From assembly GCF_037042905.1 (NCBI RefSeq), contig NC_087261.1:1612001-1676000 (forward strand): a stretch of DNA of 64,000 bases, given 5' to 3'. A program made the translations under genes and the position numbers. Below the pieces are notes generated by a model. It had not been told where the DNA came from. It ran no database searches and saw only the letters and a program-made list of their open reading frames with translations. Positions 26,617 through 38,356 of the stretch are shown in pieces (position 1 is the first letter of the stretch; every line of letters starts with the position of its first letter). Source of the DNA: Lytechinus pictus (Eukaryota).

Positions 26617-28608
26617 ATGGAATGGGCATTATGTTTTACTTTCCCCAGAAATGGTGGATTAGCTTCAGTAAACGAATCCATTTTCAAGTACCTTACAACT
26701 AGTAATTTGAGTGATACCATGATTGACAAGTCTTTGGTGTGTGATAATAGTCCTGTAGATCAGTCTTCTCTGGATGAGATTGGTGGTGATGTTGATCTCA
26801 TGCATGTGGTGTCTAGGCCAGACCCCATTGCCATAGTCCCTGGGGATAATGAGCAAGATCTTGGTGTCTACTACGGTGACAGTCAGCCGAATCTGCGTGT
26901 TGTGTCTAAGGATGTCCAGTCCCCCGAGTCTAAATGTTCCTCCACTTGTGTCGAGTCAAGTGGGTGTACTCAAAACCGACCGAACAGGAATCTCAGTGAA
27001 GTTATTCACATTACTTCCCTAGTGCATGATGTTGTTGAGCATAGGCCTACATCCGATATTGAACCTGATCCATCCGACAAGTTTCGTTTGCCTGTCTCGA
27101 TGGCTCAGTCTCATCTGTCAGGTTCTGTTTTGACCGACGAAGAAGTGCAGTGGCCTGAGCTCGATGATTTGCATTCGCCCGTTTCGGCCTGCTCGTCGCA
27201 CAAGCCCGATTCTATCGTTTCGCTGCTCATGTCCGATTCTAACGTTTCGCTGCGCTCGCCCGATTCGTTGGATGATAAGTCATGCTTGCCTGATTCGATC
27301 GTTTCGCCGCGCTCGCATGATCCGGTAGCTGATCAGTCAAACTTAACCGATTTGGATCCACTCAACAACCGATGGTCGTTCGTTTCGCTCGGTGATGATT
27401 TCGTGGTTGAGTCGGACTCTATTAACATTTCAACATCACACCCACCTGGTCATTCACACATTACACCTTACATACATGTACATGACACATCACAATCCTC
27501 GTACGATGATCCTGATATAAGTACACGGTACTTTCAGTCACATGACCAACCGCTCACTGATAGCGTAAGTTATTTTACTCCGGCCATTGTTCACACCATC
27601 GAGATGACAGATGTCCACGCTCGTCGCTACCAACCAGATTCTGCAGAAGCCGTGACAGTAACCGGCGATACAGTCTATGGCTAAGAGATGTCGAATCATG
27701 TCACCTTTGATTCCATTCCAATTAAGGTAGCCTGTTGTGCCGATGGCCACGACCCTCCGTCAATAACCCATGGTGTCCAAGATCATGGTTCCTCGGTAGC
27801 CCAAAGTGCCCATGAACACCCTTCTCCATCACACTATGGTGCCAATGTTCATGGCCTTTCATCAGTTGCCCATGGTGCCAACGATCACGGTTCTCCATTG
27901 ACAGTAACCCGTGGTGCCAATGAACACGGTTCATCCATCGAGCTATTAATAGCTATATTTCCATTTCATTTCATTTATTTTATTTCAACACGGTAAACGA
28001 ACTTCAGCCAATGGCTGTTCTTCTGAACGTCCGTGCGTACATATTATGGTTCATCAGAGACAGTCGCCCGTGGTGCCCGCGATCACAGTTCTTCAGTGAC
28101 AGTAGCCTGTGGTGCCCATGATCACGGTTCCTCAGAGACAGTAGCCCGTGGTGCCCATGATCACGGTTCACCTGCCTCAAGAGCCCATGGTTCCTTTGAC
28201 GCTGACCTTCAGATGACAGCCAGCCCTACCGACCATCCTCAACTGACAGCCTGCAGTTTCCCTGACCCTCCAGGGCCCCACACTGATGACGGCATACCTA
28301 TGTTACCAGCCCCTACTCCATTTGCAATTCCTCATCTGAGTAGTCCCAAACCCATCCCTCCTGACATCCCTGAATGTTCTAGTAAGGTGCCTCTACCCAT
28401 GTCTCACGAAGATGGTAGCCCGCCCATAATTCCCAATCTTTCCCAACCCATATAGGTTTCAGTCCCCATACGGTATCCCATATCTTTCAGTCAGGTATCA
28501 CCTCCGATATCCCAACAGCAGATGATGACTACCGGATCCAGCCTTGCCCGTTCACCACAGCCCATGACCACCCTCTGGAGTTTTCCCCTCTTGAACGAAA
28601 AGCCCTGA
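26617..28608 (+). pseudogene. Decayed Ser/Asp/Pro/His-rich long reading frame of unknown origin (possibly a retroelement remnant)
   Basis: ORFs 26617-27684, 27688-27996 and 28033-28455 share one frame, separated by single stops and a short insertion. Internal 27-bp and 39-bp (GAHDHGSSETVAR) repeats; no recognisable domain. Confidence 0.4.
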
Positions 28609-29262
28609 ACATGTATTCCCCTGCCCCATTGCTAGACATCCCTTTCGGGCCCCCATCTACCCTGCATCATACATGTATGATATGTGCTTATTAGGACCGG
28701 ATCTTACATGTTTTATGTGTTGACTTTTTGTATGTACATTTTTCAGGTTGTATTGCATTAAACTGCTGTTTACCCTGATGTTATGTATTTTTCTTTGTCA
28801 ACCTTGCTTATTTTTTATTATATATGACATGTGCTTTCTCATTTACTTTTATTTGTGAGTGTATTTTGACACTTTATTTTGAGTTAACGGTTAAAGCAGG
28901 TTTTGGATGTCTGCTTAGTTTAGGATGTGAGTTTTACATTGTTTTTATGTGTGATTTAGTGCATTTGATAAATTGCTTGCTTATTGTTAAATCACAGTGC
29001 TGAGTAATGTGCTGCATTACTGTTTGAAGTGTTGCATAGACTGGAATGATTGTTTTAGGAAAGAGGGTAAGGTGCAAGAATGTATCATGAATAATGATTG
29101 CAGGTTTTGATGTTGTGTTCCTATGGAGTGCAGATGGGATGAAGAGAAAGATTGAAGATGTATAGTTAAGATGAGATTACTTCTGGAATGTTATTGGAAT
29201 TGAAAGTGACAGCTGGTGTGAAATGGGAGGTAGCAGTCTAGCAGAACTCATGTTTGATTTAA

Positions 29263-29638
29263 AGGTAAATTCCATTTTTGGGAACGATCTCAAAATGACT
29301 TTTTACAGAATTTAATATAATGATCACCAAAGTGTCTGTTTGTATGAATAAAAAATATGTGCCAAAGGATTCTGGAAGAAATTGTGTAATTGCTGAGAAA
29401 TAAGCAAACTAAGCGCGGATTCGGTCACTTCCGTCGGGTCTTTATTCCAGCAATAATAATACACTGTCCCACGTGTGCCTATCTGTGTTGGCGATCTTCA
29501 GTGTGATCGTTTTTTAGCTAGATATTATGATTTCACAAAGTTCAGTTAATGTAACTGTACCAGATCTAGATCCACGATGATATATCAATACTTTACCTTG
29601 GTTTTACAGTGTTTTACTGCAACTACGTTCATTTCGCT
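29263..29638. mobile_element. TTAA-target MITE (Kolobok/T2-type), degenerate
   Basis: TTAA|aggtaaattcca ... catttcgct|TTAA. Confidence 0.55.
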
Positions 29639-30519
29639 TTAAATGTATTGTTTATATTGCTTACACCATACAGTTTAATTATGGAGTAGTGTTTAGATAG
29701 TATATTGTTGACAGGTAATCATTGGTGCAAATATAATCCTCATGCGTTTTAGTTCTTACTATTTTGACTCACATTAATGTTTTGATTGCTTACTATAGAC
29801 ATTTGTTTATTGATGCATATCATAACCTGATTTCATTTGGATTTAATATTTCTTACTAAACAATCGTGTATCATTCTACCTGTTATGTATATGATATTGG
29901 TGTTTTATTATCAATCTGGTATGCATTACAAGTAAATTGTACCACCCCCCCCCCCCTTACTGGCTGCATATTGATTGTATTTTACTTTAACAGGGCATTA
30001 TATGTTTGTATGTCAAATGATAGGCAAGATTTATTATGTATGCAGGCAAGTTTATTATTTGAAAGTGAGAGTGTTTTGTTTTACATGGATAAGAATTTGA
30101 TTGTAGTTTAACATAGCTTCATTTACCCTTTTTAAAGTATCATATTGCTGTGTTTTATTATTTTAGCAGGCTTGCCTCATTCACCTCTTTTCAATGGATA
30201 TTATGGAGAATAATATACAATGTCAAATGATTTATGTGTGTTTTGTTTAAACTACTTAATAATGAAGATTTGTAATGTGTATTTTGGGATGATTACTGAA
30301 GTTTAATGGGATCTTCTTATATGCAAGTAGAAATGATTTGTGTGTCGAATATCATTTTATTGGTTTTCAGTTTGCAGATGATTCAAGTGTTGAAAGGCAA
30401 TTTAATATTTTTATACTGTAAAGGGAAAGCAAAGCAAATGAGGTCTGTTCAACAATCTCAGATATGTAATGGATTAGAAGGTCATCCATTGAGTTTTGTT
30501 ATGTAAGATTTAGTAGAGT

Positions 30520-31098
30520 TGTTATTGCCACATTTATAAGAAAAAGAAAAATCAGACAAGTTGATAGGTGAAAGTTTGAACAATATTGGAGAAACAACAA
30601 GAAAGTTATGGTTTTTTTTAAGTTGTAAATATTGATTATCACTATACCCATGGAGACTTCAAATTGGCCGCATATGGGATGTCATGGTGATGTAAGGCAA
30701 GGACTACTCTTCCATGTACTCCAGTACATATTATGGCTAAAATTTCATTTTTCTCAAAAGTTTTATTTCAAATTATATATTTTTTTCATGAGGACATTAA
30801 ACAATATACTACCTAAATTATATTTAGATTACTGCCCCAGGGGAATGGGTGCTTAGGAGAAAACCACAAATCCCTGATAATAAAGTACATGGCCTATGGG
30901 AAAGTAATCCTTGCCCCTTGTCATAATTTACCTACCCAGTTGCCAATTTTGAAATCTACATACTATTAGTGATCTCAATTTTAAAGCAGCTATAACTTTC
31001 TTATTGCTTGTCCGATTTCTTTCAAACTTTCGCCATTCTTTTTAATTTATTTTTCTCCTTACCAACACAACATTTTATGGCCAAGGCTGGATTCCCCT
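30520..31098. mobile_element. TTAA-target MITE, left end degraded
   Basis: Right end ggattcccct|TTAA. 30545-30625 is complementary to 30975-31060. Confidence 0.55.
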
Positions 31099-32066
31099 TT
31101 AATAAACCACACACTCCCACTCAATACTCCGTCTAGTAAATTATCTTTTATTTTAATAAGACTGGCACTTATATTCTCACTCTGCTATGCAGGTGAGACA
31201 AAAATGGCATAGGCCTTCTAGGGTGTGTTTTTTTTTTATTATCATATGCAATTGATATCATAATTGATATTTGACATAAGTGCACCACAACATTGGATTA
31301 TCAGTTTCGTAGTTGACTTTTAAAAAGTCAGATTCAATTACAGAATCCCAATGAGCCACAAATAGCATGCAATGCCCCTCTACAATGCAATTGCTTCTGT
31401 TCACAACTATAGATAGTAACACTTTGCATGATGGAGTCAGTTTCAATGGCCAATAAAAGAAAGTCACACAAACAACTTGACAAAATAAAGTGGCAAGTGA
31501 AATAGCTAATTGTTTTATAGTGTCCTAGATCAAGAGAACACGCTTTTATTCACAATTGTTAAGAAAATCAACATAATCAACAAGCATTTTGTTTTTGTCC
31601 ATTACGATAAATTGAGACTTGCTTTGTTGACATTCTGTGCTTGCATATACAAATATAATAAACAGACTTGATGTATATTTTCACAGCAAAGATATATTTC
31701 TATTCAACCTCTTCACGTACATATTAACCTCTTCAAATTAAAAAAAATTAAAAATACAGAATTTATATTAAGAGATCAACCAGTATAAATTGAAAGGCAT
31801 TCTTTTTTCGGATATCAATTGGATATCAATTACGTCCAGGTGGGCATATTTTTTTCTCTTGTAACTAAATAATTCCGGGTATTTTCACTCATAATAACGT
31901 GGTGCAGACTCGCAGTTTTTATGCGTGTAAACGCCATTAACTTGCATCGGCTCGCGGTGCAGACATGGCAATTTTGCTCCGCCAAAATAGTAAGGTTTCC
32001 ACTTTGGCGAGTTTGAGTTGCGAGTCATATAATACGCGAGCTGCGCGACCTCTAACTCGCCTTTAA

Positions 32067-32484
32067 GGCCACCGCACACCTTACGACCCGACCAGTCGCC
32101 GACTGGCTTGCGACTGAGTGAGGGGAGATGTGACGTCACAGCGCATGTCAGCTTCAGAGTCGCAGACCGGTCAGAGACAAGTCGCAAGGAAAATCGGAAG
32201 GATTTGACATGTCGAATCCTTATGACTGGATCGCAAGCTCAATCCAAATTCCAGCCAATCAGACAGCAGAGTTGCACGACGCGTATATGATAAACAACGC
32301 GCATACGCAGTAGTAAACGCATTCTCTTTGTTGTTATGCCAAAAAGCAAAAAGCGCATGCGTGAGTCACAAATCGGATCGCAAGGTGTGCGGTGTCGAGG
32401 CTTCTGACTACCTTGCGATTCATTTCCCCTCACCCAGTCGCAAGCCAGTCGCCGACCAGTCGGGTCGTAAGGTGTGCGGTGGCC
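32067..32484. mobile_element. Young MITE with about 50-bp TIRs, flanked by TTAA (Harbinger- or Kolobok-like)
   Basis: TTAA|ggccaccgcacaccttacgacccgac ... gtcgggtcgtaaggtgtgcggtggcc|TTAA. Confidence 0.88.
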
Positions 32485-32760
32485 TTAACTCGCACAAGCT
32501 CGCGTAAAATTCACATTTTATCTTGAATTTGCTTGAGTGACAAAAGACTCAACATCGAGTTCACTACGCTTGCTGTACGAGTGAACCGAGCGCAAAACGA
32601 GTCAGACCGAGCTTAGTATGAGTTGCAGTGACCTTTATACGACTTAAAGCGAGCTCTGAACGAGTTATCAAGATTTTGTTACGAGTGATAAGAGTTTCAT
32701 ACGATCAAGGTGAAGGAAATGCACATTTTGGGCACTCAAAGATGGATGCCGGCGGCGGCG

Positions 32761-33982
32761 CACAGTGGGCCGGGGCGAAACAAAAGTGCGCCAAAAGTAA
32801 TTTTGGGCAATTTCAGATTTTTAATTTTTGTTATGCCCAGCTGAAAGACAACACTTTGAAGAATACTTCGGCAAAATATTTCATTCCGGAATTTGCATAA
32901 AGGTTGTTAATTTCCTACCTCAAATCGTAAAATGTGACATTTTGCGAAATGTCACGTATGTGACAACCTAGTTGAAAAACAGGCCATTTTACATGAGGTT
33001 TTTCATGTAGGAATCTGAAATGGCTCCCACATAATCCTGATATATTCTGTTTTCGTGTGAAAGGGTTCAAAGTAGATAAAAGACATCTTTCAGGGGGTTT
33101 ATAGGATGATTATTCCTCGAAATAGGCTGAAAATCCATGTTTTTTGCATTTACATTAGAAACGTTTAGATTTTCGTGGATTTCCGTCTAAATTCTATAAG
33201 CATCATTTTTCCCGATGTCTAAGCTTTAAGTCGATACCAAATTTAGCTGCCCGTTTTTGCCCGTTTTCATGTTAGAGCCGATTTTACTTGACACAACACC
33301 CCAAAAACCTGTTAAAAACGGTCATGTTTATGCCGCGCAGTCGTCGTAGCGCACCGTATGGGTGTACATTATTGCCGTTCGCTTTTGCACAGCGAGGACG
33401 ATTCCCCTTCATTCCATGAAAATGACATGAATTCCGGGCATAATGTAAACAAAATAAAGGTCGCTAACGCAAATAAGGGCTATACCCACAACTCTTCCAG
33501 ATATAAAACTTACTTGTATAATAATTTCAGTAAAAAAACCCTCCTCATAGTGATACGTTCGTGGTGTTTTTTATACTCTGCGTTTTACACAAGTCAACAC
33601 AGCTTGATAAAGCACGGTTAATATATTTCAGATTTTATAAATCTAATTAATGATCATTTTGATGCCATAAAATTATTGTTGGCATCTTATACACACTTTT
33701 TAGGCATGTGAGAAACATAAACCAACATTCACTCTGGTCAATCTGACAGTAGCACATGCATAACACAAAATGTATATACCACACATTGTTTAGCGTAATT
33801 TGTCTTTTCACAGATAGGTTTTAAGTAGCCAATCAAAATTTTGTATCAAGGTGACGTCACATCGGCTTTAAATTATGTTCAGTCAATTCTACGCCCAAAC
33901 TTACCCTTAATCAACATGTTAAAGTAAAATATAACTCGAAATATATTTTTGGCGCACTTTCAACCCATTCTGGCCCACTGTG
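32761..33982. mobile_element. Non-autonomous Transib-like transposon with RSS-like TIRs
   Basis: Both ends start CACAGTGGGCC, followed by an 11-bp unconserved spacer and then AAAGTGCGCCAAAA. 5-bp GC-rich flanks CGGCG / CGGCT. No transposase ORF. Confidence 0.85.
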
Positions 33983-34040
33983 CGGCTGTCGGAAAAGCGG
34001 CGCCTAAAGTCTCACTCTGCTATGCAGGTGAGACAAAAAT
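33983..34040 (+). mobile_element. 3' end of a Helentron-type non-autonomous element (target of the Transib insertion)
   Basis: gtcggaaaagcggcgcctaaagtctcactctgctatgcaggtgagacaaaa, the same as 40417-40467. Its upstream (GGC)n part lies at about 32745-32760. Another solo end is at 31175-31204. Confidence 0.75.
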
Positions 34041-34134
34041 GAAGAAGCGGGGGCTTGATTTGAATGGATTTTTATCTCTATCGACACAGACAAAAGAATC
34101 ATGTTCTGTATGGAACCTTCATGACTATTTCTGC

Positions 34135-34520
34135 TCGTTTTGCAGCTTTCCAATTCAGACCTCATCCAACACTTTTGAATCCTGCTCTTTTCGTCATGGC
34201 ATGATCATAACAAGCATGGTATCATTTTAAAGGAAACTAATTGATCTTTTGAATGATATCAAATATGCATTGTGTAAAATTTGGAGTTGGAAGAAATTAA
34301 TGGCCAAAATCAGATTTCAAAATTTTTGGCTCGTTTTGCAGCTATTCAATTCAGACTTCATCCAACACTTTGAATCCTGTTCTTTTCGTGATGGCATGAT
34401 CATAACAAGCATTGTATCATTGTAAAGATAATTAAATGATCTTTTAAATGATGTCAAATATGCATTGTGTAAAATTGGGAGTTGGGAGAAATTAATGGCC
34501 AAACTCAGATTTTCAATTTT
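34135..34520. repeat. Tandem duplication of about 190 bp
   Basis: ctcgttttgcagct...aattcagac...atggcatgatcataacaagcat...gaaattaatggccaaa..cagattt occurs twice. Confidence 0.8.
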
Positions 34521-36625
34521 TTTGAGGGGTTTATATATGGCAAAAATATAGATCCATGGACATTTATCATTCAGCTGGCATGTCAATGAGCACTCGCAAC
34601 GCACTCTGAATAAACTCATACGAAACTCGCTGTAACTCGGGGTGCTCGATCTAAAATCGCTCTTATCTCGTGGGCACCTCCACTTGACTCGTAAAACGAT
34701 CGCAATGCTCGTATCTCGCTCTTGACAACTCGGAACGCACTCGCGTATACTCAGATGTGGCGAGTTATTACGAGTTATGACGAGTTTATCTCGAGCTTCT
34801 TCCGAGTTATTGCGAGTACTGAGAGTATATGACGAGTTTAGGTGAGTTCAACACGAGTTACAGCGAGTAAGCAACATTTTTGAACATGTTCAAAAATTTT
34901 GAAACTGCTCACGACTTCAAGGAGAGTTGTCCCGAGCTTGAAAGAGCTCCGCCGAGCCATGCCGAGTTGTCGCGAGTTATCCCGAGTTTCATGGTGAGCT
35001 TTATGCGAGTTATCGCGAGTGCCGCATTTTGGCAACTCTCCATAACTCGCCATTACTCGCGATGTTAACTCGCCAAAGTGGAAACCTTCAGAACCGCGAG
35101 CCGATGCAGACAAGGCAATTTTTCTTCGCGTAAATACGAAGCCGAGTCTGCACCGGCACTGAGCGCGCGTTTCATGATTTAAATCTAATCCACTGATCTG
35201 TGTTTTTGCCCCACGAGTCGATTCTGCACCACGAGCTGGGGCAGCGTGTAAACGCGACGCAGGATAATCCGCGAGCCAAGTCTGCACCGACTCTCTCGGG
35301 TCCTCACCGCGAGCCGATCGATGCAGCGTGTAAACACGGTAATAAGCTGCTATTTTCCTAGATTTTTTTTACATGGATGTCGAATAAAGGACCACTTTCC
35401 TTTGATGTCTTTTCGTCTCCCATCGATACCAATAAAATAAATTTATGATTTTCATTTATCATAAGTTTACCATATTTAGACAAAGGTTATACTCTACAAT
35501 GTAGTATCTAGCGCTAAACGCTTGCCATCGGAGTAAATTGCAATTTGACCCACACCCACTTCGTCTTCTTTCCATTTGGTCTAATACCAGTTCGTCTACA
35601 ACCGATTCGCCAACTTAGCATATCAGCCCATTAACCATTTTGTCCATTTAAATTTTCCATTAGGCTATATCCATTGTGTGTAATCCACTCTTCCACTTGT
35701 TCTTACACAATGTATGATTAGACGAACTATTTATGATCCAAATTTAAAGCACACAATAAGTAGACGTGGTGGAAATTGTGGGGCATTCGTTTAAATAACA
35801 ATTAGACGGAGTGAGAATTAAACGCACTGGTATGAACACAGAAGTTCTTTTTTTAGTGATATGTCCTATTTACATGATTTAGCAGCAGGTAGACAGTATG
35901 CGTCTGAAATGATATTTATCCCTGGATTTGTCACAGCATGCGATGGCACAATGTATTTTTCTGCTGAAATCATATTTTCGAGCTTGTGTCGGTCTGGTGC
36001 TGCGAAAAGGATAAAGAAAAAAAGGGGGGAAAATGCTTATCAGAGTTTCATTTTCATTGTTCAGTTCTACAACTATGATCAATGAACTATGAGGGACACA
36101 TCCTGATGGTTGTGATTCTACCATTATAGACACCAGGATGTTTAGAGTCTAATCAAACCGGTTGTGGAATTCAAAGTTTTATGAGAGTGCGTGAGAAATC
36201 TCAATTTACGACGATTCTCATAATGGCATTATTGATTCAAAATCACAGTTTGCTGGTAGAGCACAAAGAAAAAAAAAATCACTTAATGTGCACATTGTCT
36301 GCATGTGGCAACGTGCTAGTGGGGTGGACTTTGGTCTTTCATAACAATAAAATAAATGATGATGTCAACTGCCTTTATCAGAATGACGATGCTAATGTTC
36401 ATTTCCTTGATATATTGTGAAATATAAAAATGATTATTGCAACAACATCAATATAATCATTTTCATCTANNNNNNNNNNNNNNNNNNNNNNNNNNNNNNN
36501 NNNNNNNNNNNNNNNNNNNNNNNNNNNNNNNNNNNNNNNNNNNNNNNNNNNNNNNNNNNNNNNNNNNNNNNNNNNNNNNNNNNNNNNNNNNNNNNNNNNN
36601 NNNNNNNNNNNNNNNNNNNNNNNNN

Positions 36626-36762
36626 ATCATCAGCAGAAGCAACATCAGCATCGGGATTACCTCATCATGGAAAAGACTTGGAGCGCAGCCAATACAAGTA
36701 GGTGAATTCTGACCAATGTAGCCTGGATTGGAATAAGCCACTTTCATTTCCTCACCAGCAAA
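36626..36762 (-). CDS. Candidate terminal exon of the SLC5 transporter (runs into an assembly gap)
   Basis: Open frame FAGEEMKVAYSNPGYIGQNSPT with an NPxY-like motif downstream of the last confident exon; the acceptor is weak (ccatgaag|TTT). Confidence 0.3.
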
Positions 36763-38104
36763 CTTCATGGACATGTTGAAATATAAAGCATTTTCTTTAT
36801 TTCATTTATTATATCAGAAAAACAACGCACGAACAGGTATATAATATAAATGAGTGGTTTAACTGTATGAGGAGGATAAAGTAGAGATAAATACATGCTG
36901 AACTTGAGATATTTAATTAAGATATAAAAATATGAGTGATCAAGGTAATGATTTAACAAAAGCTCATTCATTTGTAGTTCATTATCTATCTGTTAGTATA
37001 GTCCAGTAAAACGTTGTTTGAAATTTTATATAACACTGTACACTAAATAAACCTTACAGTATGCTTAATCTATTGATAATTAAATATTACAGTTTGACTT
37101 TGTTTGAGATTTTAAACAGTTGTTTAAATTGTTCAAGTAACTACTGTAAGGTTTATATTGTAAACAACTTTGTATAAAAGTGATTTCATCAATGCCAATC
37201 TAAATGCGCAGAAGATGATAAATCACTTACCTGTATAATACATTGGGCCTGGATCTTGTTGAGTTCAATTCAATTTCAGTGTATTAGATATTAAAAGATG
37301 GACAAACAATACAATGATGTAGTCCGAAGACTAATGTTTACATCAAGACATGATATACACTCGTAACTAACATTTGAAAGAAAAAAAGTTGGACAAAATA
37401 TTTCCTAGCTATAGACATGGGCCTATTAATTCAAGGTTCAAGAAGTTTATTTCATTTCCATAACAAATATAAATCAAATACAGATACAAATCAAAATACG
37501 AGTACAAAATCAATTTTACCTTAGCATAATTATATAACAAAAGCTTGTATAAATAGTAAAAAAAACATGGAAATGAGGGGATCCACTAAAAAGCATTGCT
37601 TGTAGAGCGTGGATCCACTATAGCGAGTTGAAGAAATAGTTTATATTAAGCAATTGAGAAAAGGCAAAGTAATAAAAATTAAATAACTGTGGAAAATCAT
37701 TCGATTGTACAAATGTACAAATATACAATATTATAAAATGGGAAAGTAAAATGTCATAAATATAATAGGAAAACTATTTTAAAGAAAAAAAAGGAAATGA
37801 TAGCAAAAAGTGGAAATAAGGTGACAGAAGTACGGGACGACATGCATTATCAAAGACACACACACACACACAAAAATACAGTGACATATTAGAGGATGGA
37901 GGCGAGAGTGAAGAAATAGGCTGACCGGTAGAGAGAGTGTGGGTGACTGGGAGGGAGGCAGACAGATAGGCCCGAATTCACAAAGGTGGCTCTGAAAAAT
38001 TAATAATGGTGCCTTCATGAAAATGCCCTTTTTAAACCATAATTTTAAATGTAGGTCTATAAGAATAATTATTCAAAATTGTTACTAAAGACCATGTGCT
38101 CTAC

Positions 38105-38253
38105 CTTATCCATTTGATAATTTGGTTCCTCCTCGTATAGTTCTCCAACATGGCACCGTAGAGGACGCTTTACAGATTCTGGCAAGCAGCAGTACATTCG
38201 ATCTGCAATGGGGCTAATAACCATAGGGTTTACGTTTCGAGGGTCATTTGCTC
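38105..38253 (-). CDS. SLC5 sodium:solute symporter exon (cytoplasmic C-terminal region)
   Basis: tatacag|GA GCA AAT...GAT AAG|gtag; (G)ANDPRNVNPMVISPIADRMYCCLPESVKRPLRC; 149 nt, phase 1 to 0. Confidence 0.85.
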
Positions 38254-38356
38254 CTGTATAAGATGGAGTGGAGAAAAAATAATGTTACAAAACTGAGTAA
38301 TTTCATTTTCTATACAGTGATGTTTGAATAGAATCAATATGAGCCTATAGTGACAA

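Larger units (their letters stand above)
31994..35086. mobile_element. Palindromic CGAGT-rich MITE expanded by nested insertions (itself inside an older element at about 31890-35342)
   Basis: TIRs ggtttccactttggcgagtt / aactcgccaaagtggaaacc. Confidence 0.7.

Noticed and set aside
32761-33982. Antigen-receptor-like rearranging locus
   Set aside because: The RSS-like ends have the heptamers outermost with a TSD (transposon configuration), and no V, D or J-like coding segments flank them.
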